63,938 bases of DNA, filler included, from Octopus bimaculoides (GCF_001194135.2; 6 parts of 6 records of this genome joined end to end with filler, not necessarily neighbours in it), one strand, 5' to 3'; counted from the whole stretch's first letter, positions 1 to 13,679 are shown. The notes: generated from the letters alone by a model not told the origin. Translations and numbers: made by a program.

Positions 1-40
<40 letters not shown>

Positions 41-95
41 TAAATACATAGATGCCTACATGCAGGAATATATACAGAATGAGAGGGTGAGAGGG

Positions 96-165
<70 letters not shown>

Positions 166-758
166 GGAGAGGGAGAGAGAGAGAAAGGGAGAGGGAGAGA
201 GAGAGAAAGATTGTGATTATTTCAGCTGATCCAGTGAGTTGTTAGTTCAGAGTTTCCCTTATATATTGTTAGTTCGTTGAACATGAAGAGATCCAGTTTT
301 TATTGTCTGAGGAATCAACAATTTGGCAAAAAATCTCCAAACAGACCATTACCTTTTCTCCTTTTAGTTATAACTAAGATATTTGTTATAGCTCTATATT
401 TAAAAGATGAAGAATTGTGTACATTATTTACAGTATTTATATAATTTCCATTTGACGGATATTTGTCCTCATCAAATGTAAATAATGTAAATAATGTACA
501 TAATTCCTCATCTCTTAAATATAGAATTGTATTATCTAATTGGTACCACCCAGATTGAAAAACTCTGATCCAAGCCATTACAAGGTGTGCTCCAGCATTG
601 CCGCAGTCCTGTTTTGACTAGGACAGAATTTAAATAGAGATAAGCCAAACATAGAACATCGTAGGATAACAAAACTAAGTCTTTGTAATAATGGATTCAT
701 TCTGAGCTAAAAACAAAAGCTTTGAGACGAAATACAGGATGGAGATTGTTTATGTATG

Positions 759-789
<31 letters not shown>

Positions 790-1329
790 GTAAGAGAGAG
801 AGGGAGAGAAATTGAGGGAGAGGAAGATGTATATATATTACCATTAAACAACATTCTATTGATTTTTATTTTGCTTTCTTCAGTGCCAGATATCTTCCAA
901 TCCTTCAGTTTATGGAAGACAGGAATTAGATGGATTCTGAGATATCCATGTCGACATATGCATAAATATTTACATATTCTACTAGTTCTGCAAATATATT
1001 TTGCGATCCTTCAATTCTCCAAATGACAACATCTATGCATTCATGCATGTGTGTGTCTGTATGTAGGGGGGAAGTTGTAAGTAGGTAAGCAAAATCTGTA
1101 GCTGGTGAATGAAGTGGGAGGCTGTCCTCTCAACCAATACACAGCTGTGCGTTTCACAGGATGACAAACTCTGGTGATGATGTTATTCCAACCATTCCGA
1201 TCCCTGGTTCTGATCTTAGCATGCTTGAGGTCGAGGGGCTGTGACTTCAGGTCTTCCTCAATTTGTAAATAATCCTTTCTACAAAAGACACAATGCCGGA
1301 GATTTTTTTTGCGGGGGGGGGGCTTGTCC

Positions 1330-1490
1330 ATTACATCCACCCCAGTACTCAAACTGGGACTTCATTTATTGACTCCTGAAATGATGAAAAGCAATGTCTG
1401 CCTCAGTTGAATTTGAACTCAGAACGGGCGGAATACTGCTAAACATTTCACCCAGTGTACAAACAATTCTGCCAGCTCAGTGCCTTTCGA
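1330..1490 (-). mobile_element. SINE family A (diverged)
   Basis: Reverse-complement match: GAATTTGAACTCAGAAC...GATTCTGCCAGCTC. Confidence 0.7.
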
Positions 1491-1819
1491 TTTGTTAGCA
1501 AATCGTTTTCCTTGATCAAATCTCTTCTCTCTAACCCCCACCCCCTAAACGCTTCTCCCTAATATTTCTAAAAGGGGAATGTCAGGGAATGCTGTTGCAA
1601 AAGTTCTTTAAACAAAATATCTAAAAGGAAGAAATTCTCAATGAAGATATTGCCAACAATGGCTAATAAATTAATAATGTTTGCACCGAGAGGAAGATGC
1701 ATGTCTGCAAATTGTCTGTGTTCTTGCCAAAACCTGACTCAATTGATTTTAATCATTACATCATTATTATATTCTCCACCTCACATAAATTAGTGACCAG
1801 ATATATCTTCCTACCCTTC

Positions 1820-2378
1820 ATTCATTGGACAATGAACTTTGCTTGCGAAGACCTATTGGGGCAAGTGAAAACAAATCGAAATCGCTGACATGGCCGATGA
1901 CAGTACCGCCTCATTGGCACTCGTGCCAGCAGAATGTTAAAAGCACATCCGAGCGTGATCGTTGCCAGGGCTATGGATTGGTTCCCATGCCGGTGGTGCA
2001 TGAAAAGCACCATTTGAGCGTGATTGTTTCCAGTGTTGCTTTACCGGCACATGTGCTGGTGGCACGTAAAAAACAACATTTGAGCGTGGTCATTGCCATG
2101 CCACCAGACTGGCTCCTGTGCAGGTAGCATGTAAAAAACACCTTTTGAGCATTGCCGTTGCCAGTACCACCTGACTGGCCCTCATGCCGGTGTCATGTAA
2201 AAGCACCCACTACATTCTCGGAGTGGTTGGCGTTAGGAGGGGCATCCAGTTGTAGACACTTTGCCAGATCAGATTGGAGCCTAGTGCAGCCTCTGGCTCA
2301 CCAGTCCTCAGTCAAACCGTCCAACCCATGCCAGCATGGAAAGGGGAGGTTAAACGATGATGATGATGATGATGATTA
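1820..2378 (+). mobile_element. Retroposon family D (RTE-type 3' end, (GAT)n tail, about 5 internal ~65-bp tandem units)
   Basis: Repeating GAGCGTGATCGTTGCCAG...GCACGTAAAAAGCACC units, then TAGGAGGGGCATCCAG...CCAACCCATGCCAGCATGGAAA...(GAT)n. Confidence 0.8.
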
Positions 2379-2571
2379 ACATGGCAGCTCTAACTTGACT
2401 GGCATTTTTTATTTTGGATGGCAACCCTGGGTAGTTTCCTGTCATCATTGTAGTGTAGCATGAAGGCGATAAATTCGATATTGCAGAACTATTGGTCAGA
2501 TTTTGGGTTGTGGCCAGATGTTGATCACTGTAGATAGGCCTCAGAGGGTTAAACAGGGATTAAATAACAAC

Positions 2572-2627
<56 letters not shown>

Positions 2628-2721
2628 CACACACATGCATACACACACACACATATGTACACACACGCATGTACACACACACACATGCTGGCAATGTCAG
2701 TTATGCTGACGAGGGCTCCGG

Positions 2722-2965
2722 TTAATTCAGACTACAGAACAGCCTGCTCGTAAAATTAATGTACAAGTGGCTGAGTACTCCACAGACATGAATGCCTTAA
2801 CGTAATTCTCATGGAGATTCAGCATGGCATAGAATATGACAAGGCTGTGACCCTTTGAATTGCAGGTACAACTCATTTTTGCCAGTTGAGTGGACTGAAG
2901 CAACGTAAAATAAAGTGTCTTGCTCAAGGAGACAACATGCTACCGGGAATTGAACTTAGAATCTT
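2722..2965 (-). mobile_element. SINE family B
   Basis: AAGTGGCTGAGTACTCCACAGAC...GAAATAAAGTGTCTTGCTCAAGG type body. Confidence 0.8.
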
Positions 2966-3161
2966 ATGTTGGGAACTACAATTTCCATTTCATTTGATTT
3001 TGATATTGCTGTTGATGTTGATGTACTTGACTCAATAGGTCTTCTCAAGTATGCCATGCCACCCTATGATCCAAGGTGTTTTTGAGTGGACTGGTTATGC
3101 GCCACTGGTGTAGGTTACAGCTGTGAACTCGCTTTATTTGCCAGATCTTCTCAGTCACAGC

Positions 3162-3213
<52 letters not shown>

Positions 3214-5044
3214 TAGATAGATATAGATATATATAGATATATTTATATATATATACATATATACNNNNNNNNNNNNNNNNNNNNNNNNNNNNNNNNNNNN
3301 NNNNNNNNNNNNNNNNNNNNNNNNNNNNNNNNNNNNNNNNNNNNNNNNNNNNNNNNNNNNNNNNNNNNNNNNNNNNNNNNNNNNNNNNNNNNNNNNNNNN
3401 NNNNNNNNNNNNNNNNNNNNNNNNNNNNNNNNNNNNNNNNNNNNNNNNNNNNNNNNNNNNNNNNNNNNNNNNNNNNNNNNNNNNNNNNNNNNNNNNNNNN
3501 NNNNNNNNNNNNNNNNNNNNNNNNNNNNNNNNNNNNNNNNNNNNNNNNNNNNNNNNNNNNNNNNNNNNNNNNNNNNNNNNNNNNNNNNNNNNNNNNNNNN
3601 NNNNNNNNNNNNNNNNNNNNNNNNNNNNNNNNNNNNNNNNNNNNNNNNNNNNNNNNNNNNNNNNNNNNNNNNNNNNNNNNNNNNNNNNNNNNNNNNNNNN
3701 NNNNNNNCATATTAATATATATATATACATAATATATGTTGACCATGTATATGTATGTATATATATGTACATACATATATACATCAAATGAAAGTTGACA
3801 GGATTTAATGTAAGAAACACGGAAATTTTGTTAAGTTAAAATAGTCACAGCAAAATGAGCAAATTTAAAATTTCCTCTGTGAATCTAGAAAGAGTTCAGT
3901 AATTCGGTAGATGACTTCTTAGAGATCAATATCAATTAATGGTCTGCAGTTTCTCATTTCTTCGGAATGAAGCTTCATAACAAAAACATCAAAATTGAAG
4001 TTTTTGATGTTTGAAATTGGAGTTCTTCTATCAGGGACCTGCTGAGATCAGCGCTAAACAGTGTCTATCTTGAATGATTTCCTTGATTCAAAAGTCTTGT
4101 TTTTGTTTTTTTTTGAGAAATAGATCAAAAAGGTTCTTGATAAAGATATTAGAAACAGGTGAGTAAGCAAAAATGCCAGCATCCTTTTATCTTTTCTTTC
4201 TAAGCTGATGCTGGATTGCTAATTTTAGTTCTTATCCAATGTTGGTTAAAATCGAGATGCAGGATTTAGAAACCCATGCACAAGTTTTGATAAAACTCTA
4301 TCGCATTAACAGCTATTCTGAGAAGCAGTAGAGCTGCAAAACAGAAAAGTTCTTTATTGTTTAGTTCCAGGTCAGTGCTGATCAAACAGATTTAAGATGA
4401 AAGACATTCCCGCTATGACCATCATGGCATTTACTATATCCAGGACAACATTATCTCACCATATCTTTAAATGGTAGAAGGAAATTTGAAGCTGCTATTT
4501 TTAGCATTTCTAATGACTAGTGCTGGTTTCAACTACACTACGACTACCCCCACCCCACCCCATCCCACCCTGTGTTGGTTTCTTTACATCCCTGCAAAGA
4601 GACCGATAGAAAAGAACCAGGCTTAAAAATAAAAGAGCTGTGGTTGAGTGGTTTGACTANNNNNNNNNNNNNNNNNNNNNNNNNNNNNNNNNNNNNNNNN
4701 NNNNNNNNNNNNNNNNNNNNNNNNNNNNNNNNNNNNNNNNNNNNNNNNNNNNNNNNNNNNNNNNNNNNNNNNNNNNNNNNNNNNNNNNNNNNNNNNNNNN
4801 NNNNNNNNNNNNNNNNNNNNNNNNNNNNNNNNNNNNNNNNNNNNNNNNNNNNNNNNNNNNNNNNNNNNNNNNNNNNNNNNNNNNNNNNNNNNNNNNNNNN
4901 NNNNNNNNNNNNNNNNNNNNNNNNNNNNNNNNNNNNNNNNNNNNNNNNNNNNNNNNNNNNNNNNNNNNNNNNNNNNNNNNNNNNNNNNNNNNNNNNNNNN
5001 NNNNNNNNNNNNNNNNNNNNNNNNNNNNNNNNNNNNNNNNNNNN

Positions 5045-5235
5045 GCATGGCTTGGTGGTCATGAGTTCAATTCCTGGTGACGTGTTGTGTCTTTGAGCAA
5101 GACACTTTATTTCACGTTGTTCCAGTTCACTCAGCTGACAAAAATCAGTTGTACCAGTAATTCAAAGGGGCCAGCCTTGTCACATTCTGTTACACTGAAT
5201 CCCCCTGAGAAGTACGTTAAGGGTATGTGTTTCCT
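5045..5235 (+). mobile_element. SINE family B
   Basis: GAGTTCAATTCC B box; CORE/Deu-like TTGAGCAAGACACTTTATTTCACGTTG. Confidence 0.8.
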
Positions 5236-5307
5236 AGGGCTAAATAGCAGTAGCATTCTTCCCTTTCATGGGACTGTCACATTAAGTTGACAACATACTA
5301 TCACTTT

Positions 5308-5319
<12 letters not shown>

Positions 5320-5342
<23 letters not shown>

Positions 5343-5550
5343 TTTCCATGCTGGCATGTGTTGGATGGGTTTGCAGAAGCTTGCAAGGTTGGGTACCATA
5401 CTAGTCTTGCTTGTGTCTGTTTTGTCTTGGTTTCCACTACAGCTGGACACCCTTCCTAATGCCGATCAACACCAGTGCATTTTACATAGCACCGGCACCA
5501 ACACCTCTTTTTTTTATGTGGCACCAGCACTGTCAGGGTCACCTAGTACT
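5320..5550 (-). mobile_element. Retroposon family D (diverged)
   Basis: (ATC)n-TTTTCCATGCTGGCATG...CTACAGCTGGACACCCTTCCTAATGCC. Confidence 0.7.
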
Positions 5551-6326
5551 TAGCAAGACAAAAGATGTCCAAACCCCTCAGCTGGGAGAGAGTGAGTATT
5601 ATTGAGGCAGTTGAGAGATTAAAGCTAGAGAGGAACATAGATAGGTGCCTTGTTAGTCGGTCCATGAATATTCCAGTTGGAAAAAGAAAGAAGAGTGTGT
5701 TGGAGTATAATACGGTGTTGATGTTTTATTTATCCAATACCTACATTATTGTATGACAGACATACTATGTCTTAACATCTCCATCCATAACCAGATGAAG
5801 ATTTCACCATAGAATGGAAGTGCAGAAGAGAAGACTTTACCAAACCTATTAGGCATAATTGGATATTTATATATAATTAGATATTTGATAGAATTCTTGC
5901 ATGTCGTAGACTTCTCCGTCTAATTTCAGGGAAAAAAGAAACAGACTGAAGTAATAAATGGAATGGCACCAGTAGTGGTAGTAGTAGTAGTAGTAGTAGT
6001 GACTACAACAACTGTAGCAGTAGTAGATTTAGCAGTAGCAGCAGCCATGGTATTACTAGATTTGGAACAGTTTAATAAATTGTAGTTTGGTGAAGTTGGT
6101 ATCGTTGTTTGTTTCCTAAGTCAACTCTGATCAAATGTCCATTTAAAAGACATCATCATCATCATCTTTTAATGTCCACTATTCCATGCTTGCGAGGGTC
6201 AGATAGAATTTGTTGAGGCAATGTTTTTAAGGTGAGGTACTCTTCCTGTCACCAACACTTACCTGCTTGTATGACAGTGATGTTCATTTACAATTATCAT
6301 ATGATATCAAGTCAAGGGTGCACATT

Positions 6327-6540
6327 CTTTTCTACTCTAGGCACAAGGCATAAAATTTTAGGGAAGGGGGCCAGTCAATTAGATCGACCTCAGTACACAA
6401 CTGGTACTTAATTTATCAACCCTGAAAGAATGAAAGGCAAAGTTGACCTCAGCTGAATTTGAACTTAAAGCGTAGTGACAAATGAAATACCACTAAGCAT
6501 TTCACCCAGCATGCTAACGATTCTGCCAGCTCGCTGCCTT
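6327..6540 (-). mobile_element. SINE family A
   Basis: Full-length reverse-complement match. Confidence 0.85.
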
Positions 6541-6589
6541 GTCAAGGATGCACATTACCACATATATATACATTAATTACAAGAAGTCT

Positions 6590-6750
6590 TTTACCGTTTC
6601 TGTTGGCCAAATCTACTCATGAGCTTTTGGTTTGCCCAGGGCTATGGAAGCCACTTGCATAAAGTGCCACAATCTGGGACTGAACCCAGAACCAAGACTA
6701 CATAAGTGGGGAGCAAGCCTCTTAAGCATACAGCCATGCCTGCACCTATA
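6590..6750 (-). mobile_element. SINE family C (diverged)
   Basis: GGGACTGAACCCAGAACC...CATACAGCCATGCC match. Confidence 0.65.
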
Positions 6751-7417
6751 TTTATTTAATTACTGCTATTTCTAGTAAGCCAATCTACCATCTCTATGTT
6801 CCTTCATTGGCTTCAGTAGAAGAAGTGAAACCAGCAGAGCAATGCTGTTAATAATCAAAATACAAAAATTTCAAAACAGAAAGTTATTCCAACTTTTATA
6901 TCGTGAATTTCATTAGCAAAAAATTATTTTATATTTCTATATTTCATTCTTGTTAATTAGCTTTTTAGGTATTAATTACTTAGTATTTAAAACAAGTGAG
7001 ATAACTATGATATATTTAAATATCTCATGATTTTACTCAAGCATTTCAGATAATGAAATTTTTGCATTTGATAAGAAGCTCTGGAGAGTTAACCGACTTG
7101 AAGATTTAGATTAAAATTAATCAGACAATTAACTAAATTTTAATTTGGTTTAGAGTCAAACTCATACTTTACTTTTTTGCTTGCCAAATTTAATGTTCCA
7201 TGCTTGGTCAGTGACAAAATATTGTATTAGAAGTGAATTTAGTTTAATACATTGAATGTGTGACGGAGGAATTGGTGACAGAAAAACAGAGGAAAAAAAT
7301 TAAGACAAGAAAACCTAACGAGAGGGTTTCCTCTCAAACAAGATCAAGGACAGAAACTGCAATTCTGGGTTTGACAGCCATGTTGTATGATGGGTTAAAT
7401 AAGATTTCTTAGCAAAG

Positions 7418-7695
7418 ACACGTGGCTTAATGGTTAAGGTGTTCAGCTTCCGGTTGTCAGTTTGGGAGTTCAATTCCTGGCAGTGCATTGCATCTTTGTG
7501 CAAGACATTTTATTTCACGTTGCTCCAGTCCACTCAATTGGCAAAAATGAATTATATTTGTATTTCAAAGAGCCAGCCTTGTCCCATTCTGTGTCTCCTT
7601 AAGAACTATATTAGGTTACACATATTTGTGGAGTGCTTGGCTACCTGCCCGTTAATCCCATGATCAGGTTGATACATTGATCAGATCAACTGAAA
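7418..7695 (+). mobile_element. SINE family B
   Basis: GTGGCTTAATGGTTAAGG A box, GAGTTCAATTCC B box, CAAGACATTTTATTTCACGTTGCTCCAG body. Confidence 0.82.
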
Positions 7696-7899
7696 CCCTC
7701 ATCATTGTATCCCGCAGTGTACCACTCATAACATTTCTTGCTGAGCACATTTTACTTATCTTTACAAGATCATGCCCCATTATTGTACTCCACAGCTCTG
7801 TCAGACCTGGTTTTATTTTATAACAATGTTTTTATCCTTTTCTTCGTGATTATTAATACACACTTCACACATTTGATAGGGATTTAGATTGGATATCAA

Positions 7900-8250
7900 T
7901 CTGCACTAGAATCCTGCTGAGTTTGTTGTCGGTCCACTTGATTTAGAGTTTAGATTAAACATGACAAAAAGAAATTTACCATTGTAAGACTAACTCAGGT
8001 TGAATTTGTTGGAAGTTGTAATTATTGAGTTCCTGACATTGTCAGCTGTGTACTCTTCCTTTCTCTCTCATGCCCTTTGAAATAAAGAGTCTGTCATCTC
8101 TGTACAGTCTTGCATTAAAGCCTTTAAAAGTTCTCCCCTTCATTAAGAAGGAACAAGTTTCCCAGCTTTCATAATTTGCCCCTTGTGAGAAAGCTGTCGA
8201 TAGAGTCCAAAATATATTGCCAAACATTACAGTTGGATTCAAACATTGTC
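7900..8250 (-). mobile_element. Penelope-like element RT remnant
   Basis: GANYESWETC (GSYDGAETC-like), RLYRDDRL and VNF...VMFNLN occur in the order expected for a PLE RT; stops present. Confidence 0.6.
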
Positions 8251-8384
8251 TGTTTTAGTTCTCATTCCAAAGCAATTGAAACACACTCACTCACATATAC
8301 ATCAGCATGAAATCAGTCAGCCATATTCCACACATAGAATTTTGGCAAATGAAGAACTATAGAAAAAAATAACTACAGTAGTAA

Positions 8385-8750
8385 ACGAGAGCACTCAGAG
8401 AGTGCCAACCTCTGCCATGGCAACACCAACATCCTCTCAATGATTAACCAGAGATGATTTTTAAATTGAGAATATTTGAAATAAGCTCGAGTGCTCTCAT
8501 AAACGAGAATACTAAAAATGAACCTGACTGCTCTCAAAAATTAAGTAAAAAAAATGGCAAAAATAATCCAGAATCCTTGTCGGTTACCAGAACGATCCCA
8601 AAATCTAATCAGTCCGTGCCAGTCACGAGGCCAAACAACCCTGAAAGTTTCATCGAAATCCATCCAGCAATTCTTGAGATATCTTTTCCATGGACAAACA
8701 AACAAAGAAACACGACTGAAAACAATACCTCCGCCAAAGTGGAGGTAATA
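8385..8750 (+). mobile_element. Non-autonomous Helentron/Helitron2-like element
   Basis: Ends with ACAAACAAAC...GAAAACAATA, a GC hairpin CCTCCGCCAAAGTGGAGG, then TAAT. Confidence 0.55.
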
Positions 8751-8880
8751 AAGTGGTGTTCAGTCAGATTGAACTCAGAACCCTTTAATTTCAAAGTGAA
8801 TCACCATTCTACTTTTACTCCTATTACTTTCTTCATATGCACACGCATCATACATAATGTATACACACACATTCCTCCTC

Positions 8881-8915
<35 letters not shown>

Positions 8916-9049
8916 TTCCAGGTGGGCAAGCCATGTATTCACCACTTCAGAAAGGTACTTGCTCCTCTCCCTCTATTACAGTTTCTTTCTCTATTCTACA
9001 CCCGATTCAGCTGAGGGATCTTAACTTACTGGTACTTAACGACCTCACT

Positions 9050-9225
9050 GGTGCTGGTGCCATGTAAAAAGCACTCACGACACTCTGTAAAGTGTCATGG
9101 TTGGTGCTAGGAAGAGCATCCACTTGTAGAAACCTGCCAAAGTAGACAGGGAACCTGCTTTGTCTGATCATGTTGACCTATCCAACCCATGCTAGCATGG
9201 AAAAAGGAGCATTAAATAATGATGA
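9050..9225 (+). mobile_element. Retroposon family D (diverged 3' end)
   Basis: GGTGCCATGTAAAAAGCAC...CCAACCCATGCTAGCATGGAAA...ATGATGAT. Confidence 0.65.
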
Positions 9226-9335
9226 TATATATTCACGCATATATATGTATGCATGTATATATATGTATATATATATGTATATATATGTATGCATGTATGT
9301 ATGTATGTAAATATGCATGTATGTGTGTGTGTGTG

Positions 9336-9374
<39 letters not shown>

Positions 9375-10929
9375 GTGTGTGTACTCCTGATGATAAGCCA
9401 TCTCAGAAGGAATAAATGAATGTTCTGCTGCATATTTTGACTACTTTTCCTTCTGTGTCTTCCTCCAATCCTGTGTATGTATGTATACATATATACCTTT
9501 CCACACATACACACACAAATATGTAATTATTTGGGTGTATATATATGTATATCTACGTGCCTAGCTATCAATCCATACATAGAAACATATATATGTATAC
9601 ATATATGTGTGGGTGTGTGTGTGTGTGTGTACAGATATATATATATGTTGTTCAGTAGGAGTAGGCAAGATAAAGAAGAAAGAAATTAGAAGTTATTTTA
9701 ATTTGATTTCTATTTTAGCATTATATTCTGAGTTTTGTTTTTTTTTTTCAAAAACTGAAAGAAGGGAAAAAAACAATTTAAAAATATATTTGAATTAGCA
9801 ACATAAAAGTGAAAACACAAAAATGCTAATATTTCTCTGTCTTTAACAAAATTTTTGGTAATTTTCTAAATTAATCTTTTGCTGAAATATTGATTGTAAT
9901 TCTTTCGTTATTTCAATTGAATTCAGTGGGTGTTTTTTTTAAAGAAAATAACAGTCTGCTTGACCCAGTTTTTGTTTCCACTTAGTAACATTTCACTCAA
10001 ATTTTAGGAGTGTTTTTTTTATGAGAAAGTATGACTTTCATTATTTTAAGTTCGTTTGTGCTCCTGTTTTAGATATGTGTCTTTATTAAAACCTTGTAGC
10101 AAGACTCAAAACGTAGTTGTCAGATTGCAAAGTTTAAATCATAACTTAGCACAACCTTATTTATGTGAGATGCTGTGTTAGTGACCAATCAGTAGCCACA
10201 CTGCGTGTGATAGATCATTCTAGATTCTTCTGGAATGTCTCAGTTCAAGAGTTATAAATAGGCCAGTTTTGCAGAGTTATAGATGTCCAGGTGGAATGTC
10301 ATCTTAGATCTTGCCAGATAATTTGCACAGAGATTGACCACTTTCTTTTTACACATCTCACATCTTGCTTCAACATGTGGCAATCCATGGTCCAGCTCCA
10401 CACACTCTCTTGCCATCAATTATAATCCTTTTAATGACTCCTGCTCAACCTTGATATGTTGTTTTAGCTGGCCGATATAAATATAATTGTACATTTTCCC
10501 CAGTCTTGTCAAGCTGAAGTATACAGCTTGTGCAATCAAGTATTTATGGCTGCTAAAGAATTATTCTTTCAATTGTGTTGAATTGTGGAAACTTCTTAAT
10601 TAATTGCAAACCAGAAAATTACTTGTGTGGTGAAGTAAAGGTTATTATAAAATGTTTGCATGGTGTTACATCTTCGACACACAGCCTTACTAACAAACCC
10701 TCTTTGCGACAACCTAATACCTTCAGAAACTCCTTCGATTCTTATGTCTGGTAGTTCCTTTGTGTTTCTATACTTTTGTTCAGTTGGGGGAAAATTGTCC
10801 AATAAACTTGCCATTTGTCTTCTGCAATTAAACTTCCAAGAAATTCTGGAACAATTTCAAAAATATCTGTTTGAATGGAAGCACATATTATGGTTTCAAT
10901 TTTAGGCAAGATGGCCATGGCTGATTGTA

Positions 10930-11070
10930 TTGACCCCAGTGAGCATCTGATACTTTATTTTCTCAACCCCAAAACGATGAAAGGCAAAGTGAACCTAAAG
11001 AGCAGAAAGAAATGTTGGGAACCATTTTATCCAGTGTACAAATGATTCTGTTGACTCTCACTGCCTGACT
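10930..11070 (-). mobile_element. SINE family A (diverged)
   Basis: GACCCCAGT...TACTTTATT...ATGAAAGGCAAAG match. Confidence 0.6.
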
Positions 11071-12314
11071 CTGAAATGTGGAATCTGCAGTCAATTTTGA
11101 CTTTTTAAATCTCTGAACTGGTTGAGTTAAAAGAACTATGCATATTTCACATTTACTGAGGCTTCATTATAAAATTTAAAATATATTAAAAAAGAATTTA
11201 ATTTCTGGTCATTTAGAAGTTTTTTTTTTATCTAAATTTTTCAGATTTCACCAAATCAATATATTTCCAAGTTTATTTTCCCAATATTTTAAAACACTGA
11301 AACGAAGACAGAGAAGTGTTTAGTTTCTTTATCTTTAGAGAAATTTTGTCTTTTAAATTAGAGATGATAAAATAGGGAACTGGAACTTTTTCGGTATTTA
11401 TTGCCATTGTTTTTATATTCTTCTGAGTTTAAAATTCTTCCTACGCTTGCTTTGGGTTTTTTAAGCTGAGTACCATATATATTCTGGTGTCAATTAAATC
11501 AACTCTACCATTCTGCTACAAAACTTGTGATCTTGTACCAATGTGGGAAATCAATATTCATTTAATATTGTGTGTACTTTGAACTTAAAAAACAGTAAAT
11601 TGAAGAATATGTATTTGAGATATTGGTTATCTTTTGAAATCAAAATCAATATATTTTATGCTTTATTATTGTCAATATTTTTAAAGACAGGTACAGTAAG
11701 TTGGGGGAAAAAAGATAGTCGAGTATTTAGTTTCATCTTCTGACTTAGATATAGCAGAGCAGGGAACTGAAAGCATAAAATATTAAACTAGTGGATTGGA
11801 GAGTATGAAATCTCATAAACATCTAAGATAATGTTTTTTTTTTTAGAAAAGGCGTTATAAGTAATTGAACAAACGTGCCCTAGTAGAAATCAATAAAGGT
11901 AGATGGAACTACAAAAACTTATTTCACTTAGAGATCCACTCAGAAGTGGTAGTCAAAGAATTAACACTAAAATATAAACATGGAATAAAATGTAGAAGTC
12001 TACTGCTCTATAAAATAAATTAATCTTTAGCAAGGTTCTAAGGGTTAAAATCCATTTTTGTTTGAAAGTAAAAAGTACAAAAAGAACCTTTCAATTGATA
12101 TTAAGTTAAATGTTATTAAAAGCCACACCATAAAAGTTTTAAAGCATTATAAAAATAATTTAGATGATCAGATTAGATATCACCTTTCAGGGTTCTAATA
12201 GCTTCCTTTCTCTCCGTAGTTGGTAAAGTAAGTAATTTGGAAAGGAAATAAGAAAATAAATCCAATTCTTTGACAATGAACGATCCTGTGTTTAGGTCAA
12301 ATAATGGTTTGAAA

Positions 12315-12525
12315 TTTTGGCACAAGTTCAGGAATGGCCAGCAAGTTTTGGGGTGGGAGTGAGTGAATTACATTGGTTCTAGTATTTAACTCCTACTTTA
12401 TTATAACAAACTTAAAAGGTAAAGTCGACCTCAGCAAAATTAGAACTTAGAATGTAAGGATGAATGAAATGCTGCTAAGCATTTTGTCTGCAATGCTAAC
12501 GAGTCTGTCACCTTGTTTACCTCAA
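12315..12525 (-). mobile_element. SINE family A (diverged)
   Basis: AAAGTCGACCTCAGCAAAATTAGAACTTAGAATG...GCTAAGCATTTTG match. Confidence 0.65.
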
Positions 12526-13104
12526 ATAACAAAAAATAATGAATTAAAATAACATTGCTTCAGTCACATTATTTTAACGAAGGAAAAATAAATAAAACTT
12601 GTCTTTCATCTTTTTAGGCTCAATTAATTAATCAGTCCCAGATTTGGGTCAGTGGAATTGTCAAGAGGTTAGATTATAAGGATTTTGGTACCTGCTTTGG
12701 TTATTTTGCATTGGTTATCTTCTCAGATATCAATGGCCAAGGTTCCAGCTGCAGGAACTGAACATCCACCACATCCATTTGCATTATAAGAGCATACAGG
12801 TTGTCCAATGGTCAACAACTAACAATAAGGGCAGAAAGTTAGGCCAATAACCAACATAAATATATGCTGACCAAAGGGCAGGGGCAGGACATAGACTGTC
12901 ACTACCAATGTAGAGAGTCAGACCTATAACCAACAGAGATAGAAGCCATCCTCATGATGCTGAGGATTCATTCAGCAGCAAATCAAAAAGATGAATGAAT
13001 TACCAAATAAATTTATAATTTATAAAATTATGAAATGAATAGATTGATAAATCATTGTTTTGTGGAAATAGAGGGTTTTGCACATGTTTCAATCTGATTG
13101 CACA

Positions 13105-13335
13105 GGGTGTTCAAAAGGTTTCTCAGCAGTAAGTATTAAATGGTTTTCAAGTGATTCTTGTACACTGATCCTTTACTTGCTACCCAGAAAAAACGTCTGC
13201 TGGAGTTAAATCAGGTGATCTTGGGGGCCAAAGTCCCTTCAAAATAGTCCATTCACCAAAAAACTCTTGAAGTAGCACCATGGTGATGTGCAAGATGAAA
13301 AAAATCACTGCGGAGAGACTTTTTGAACACCATTG
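13105..13335 (-). mobile_element. Tc1/mariner transposase remnant
   Basis: LLQEFFGEWTILKGLWPPRSPDLTPADVF (WPPRSPDL motif); CAGGGTG-type terminus near 13103. Confidence 0.7.
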
Positions 13336-13374
13336 TGAGTGGATTTGGTAGACAGAAACTGGAAGAAGCCTGTC

Positions 13375-13425
<51 letters not shown>

Positions 13426-13469
13426 TGTTTGTGTGTCTGTTTTTGTCCCTCCACCATCACCTGACAACT

Positions 13470-13622
13470 GATGCTGGTGTATTTACATCCCTGTAACTTA
13501 GTGGTTTGGCAAAAGAGACAAGTAGAATAAGTGCTAGGCTTACAAAGAATGAGTCCTGGGATCGATTTCTTCGACTAAAGGTGGCGCTCCAGCATGGCCG
13601 CAGTCAAATGACTGAAACAAAT
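13470..13622 (+). mobile_element. Short retroposon family E; related pieces near 577-620, 4570-4660, 39680-39750, 40550-40710 and 47480-47610
   Basis: Recurring TTTACATCCCTGTAACTTAG...TAGAATAAGT...CTCCAGCATGGCCGCAGTC...GACTGAAACAA. Confidence 0.65.
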
Positions 13623-13679
13623 AAGAAAAAAAATTTTAAATAAAGGTACCTGTACTGTGTGAAGCGCAGTACTGTATAA

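Noticed and set aside
884-1045. Good acceptor followed by signal-peptide-like MHKYLHILLVLQIYFAILQFSK as the FSTL first exon, or a - strand terminal exon
   Set aside because: The + frame ends in TGA without a usable donor, and the - frame peptide resembles nothing I recognise.
1860-2200. CRISPR-like repeat/spacer pattern
   Set aside because: The units are whole diverged tandem copies without unique spacers, the DNA is eukaryotic, and no cas genes are present.
4124-4158. 35-nt + strand candidate exon (AG...CAG|GTGAGT) that could end in phase 1 before the EF-hand exon
   Set aside because: Too short to assess and has no recognisable FSTL similarity. Spliced reads would be needed.
8042-8242. - strand ORF as a missing TGFBRAP1 exon
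   Set aside because: Its motifs (LYRDD, ETC, VNF) match Penelope RT instead, and it contains stops.
8454-9014. 186-aa + strand ORF
   Set aside because: It runs through a non-autonomous Helentron-like repeat and a (CT)n tract, so it is not a gene.
10170-10905. Coding-looking stretch with several 40-80-codon frames
   Set aside because: Stops in all frames and no recognisable motif. Probably an old transposon relic that I cannot assign.
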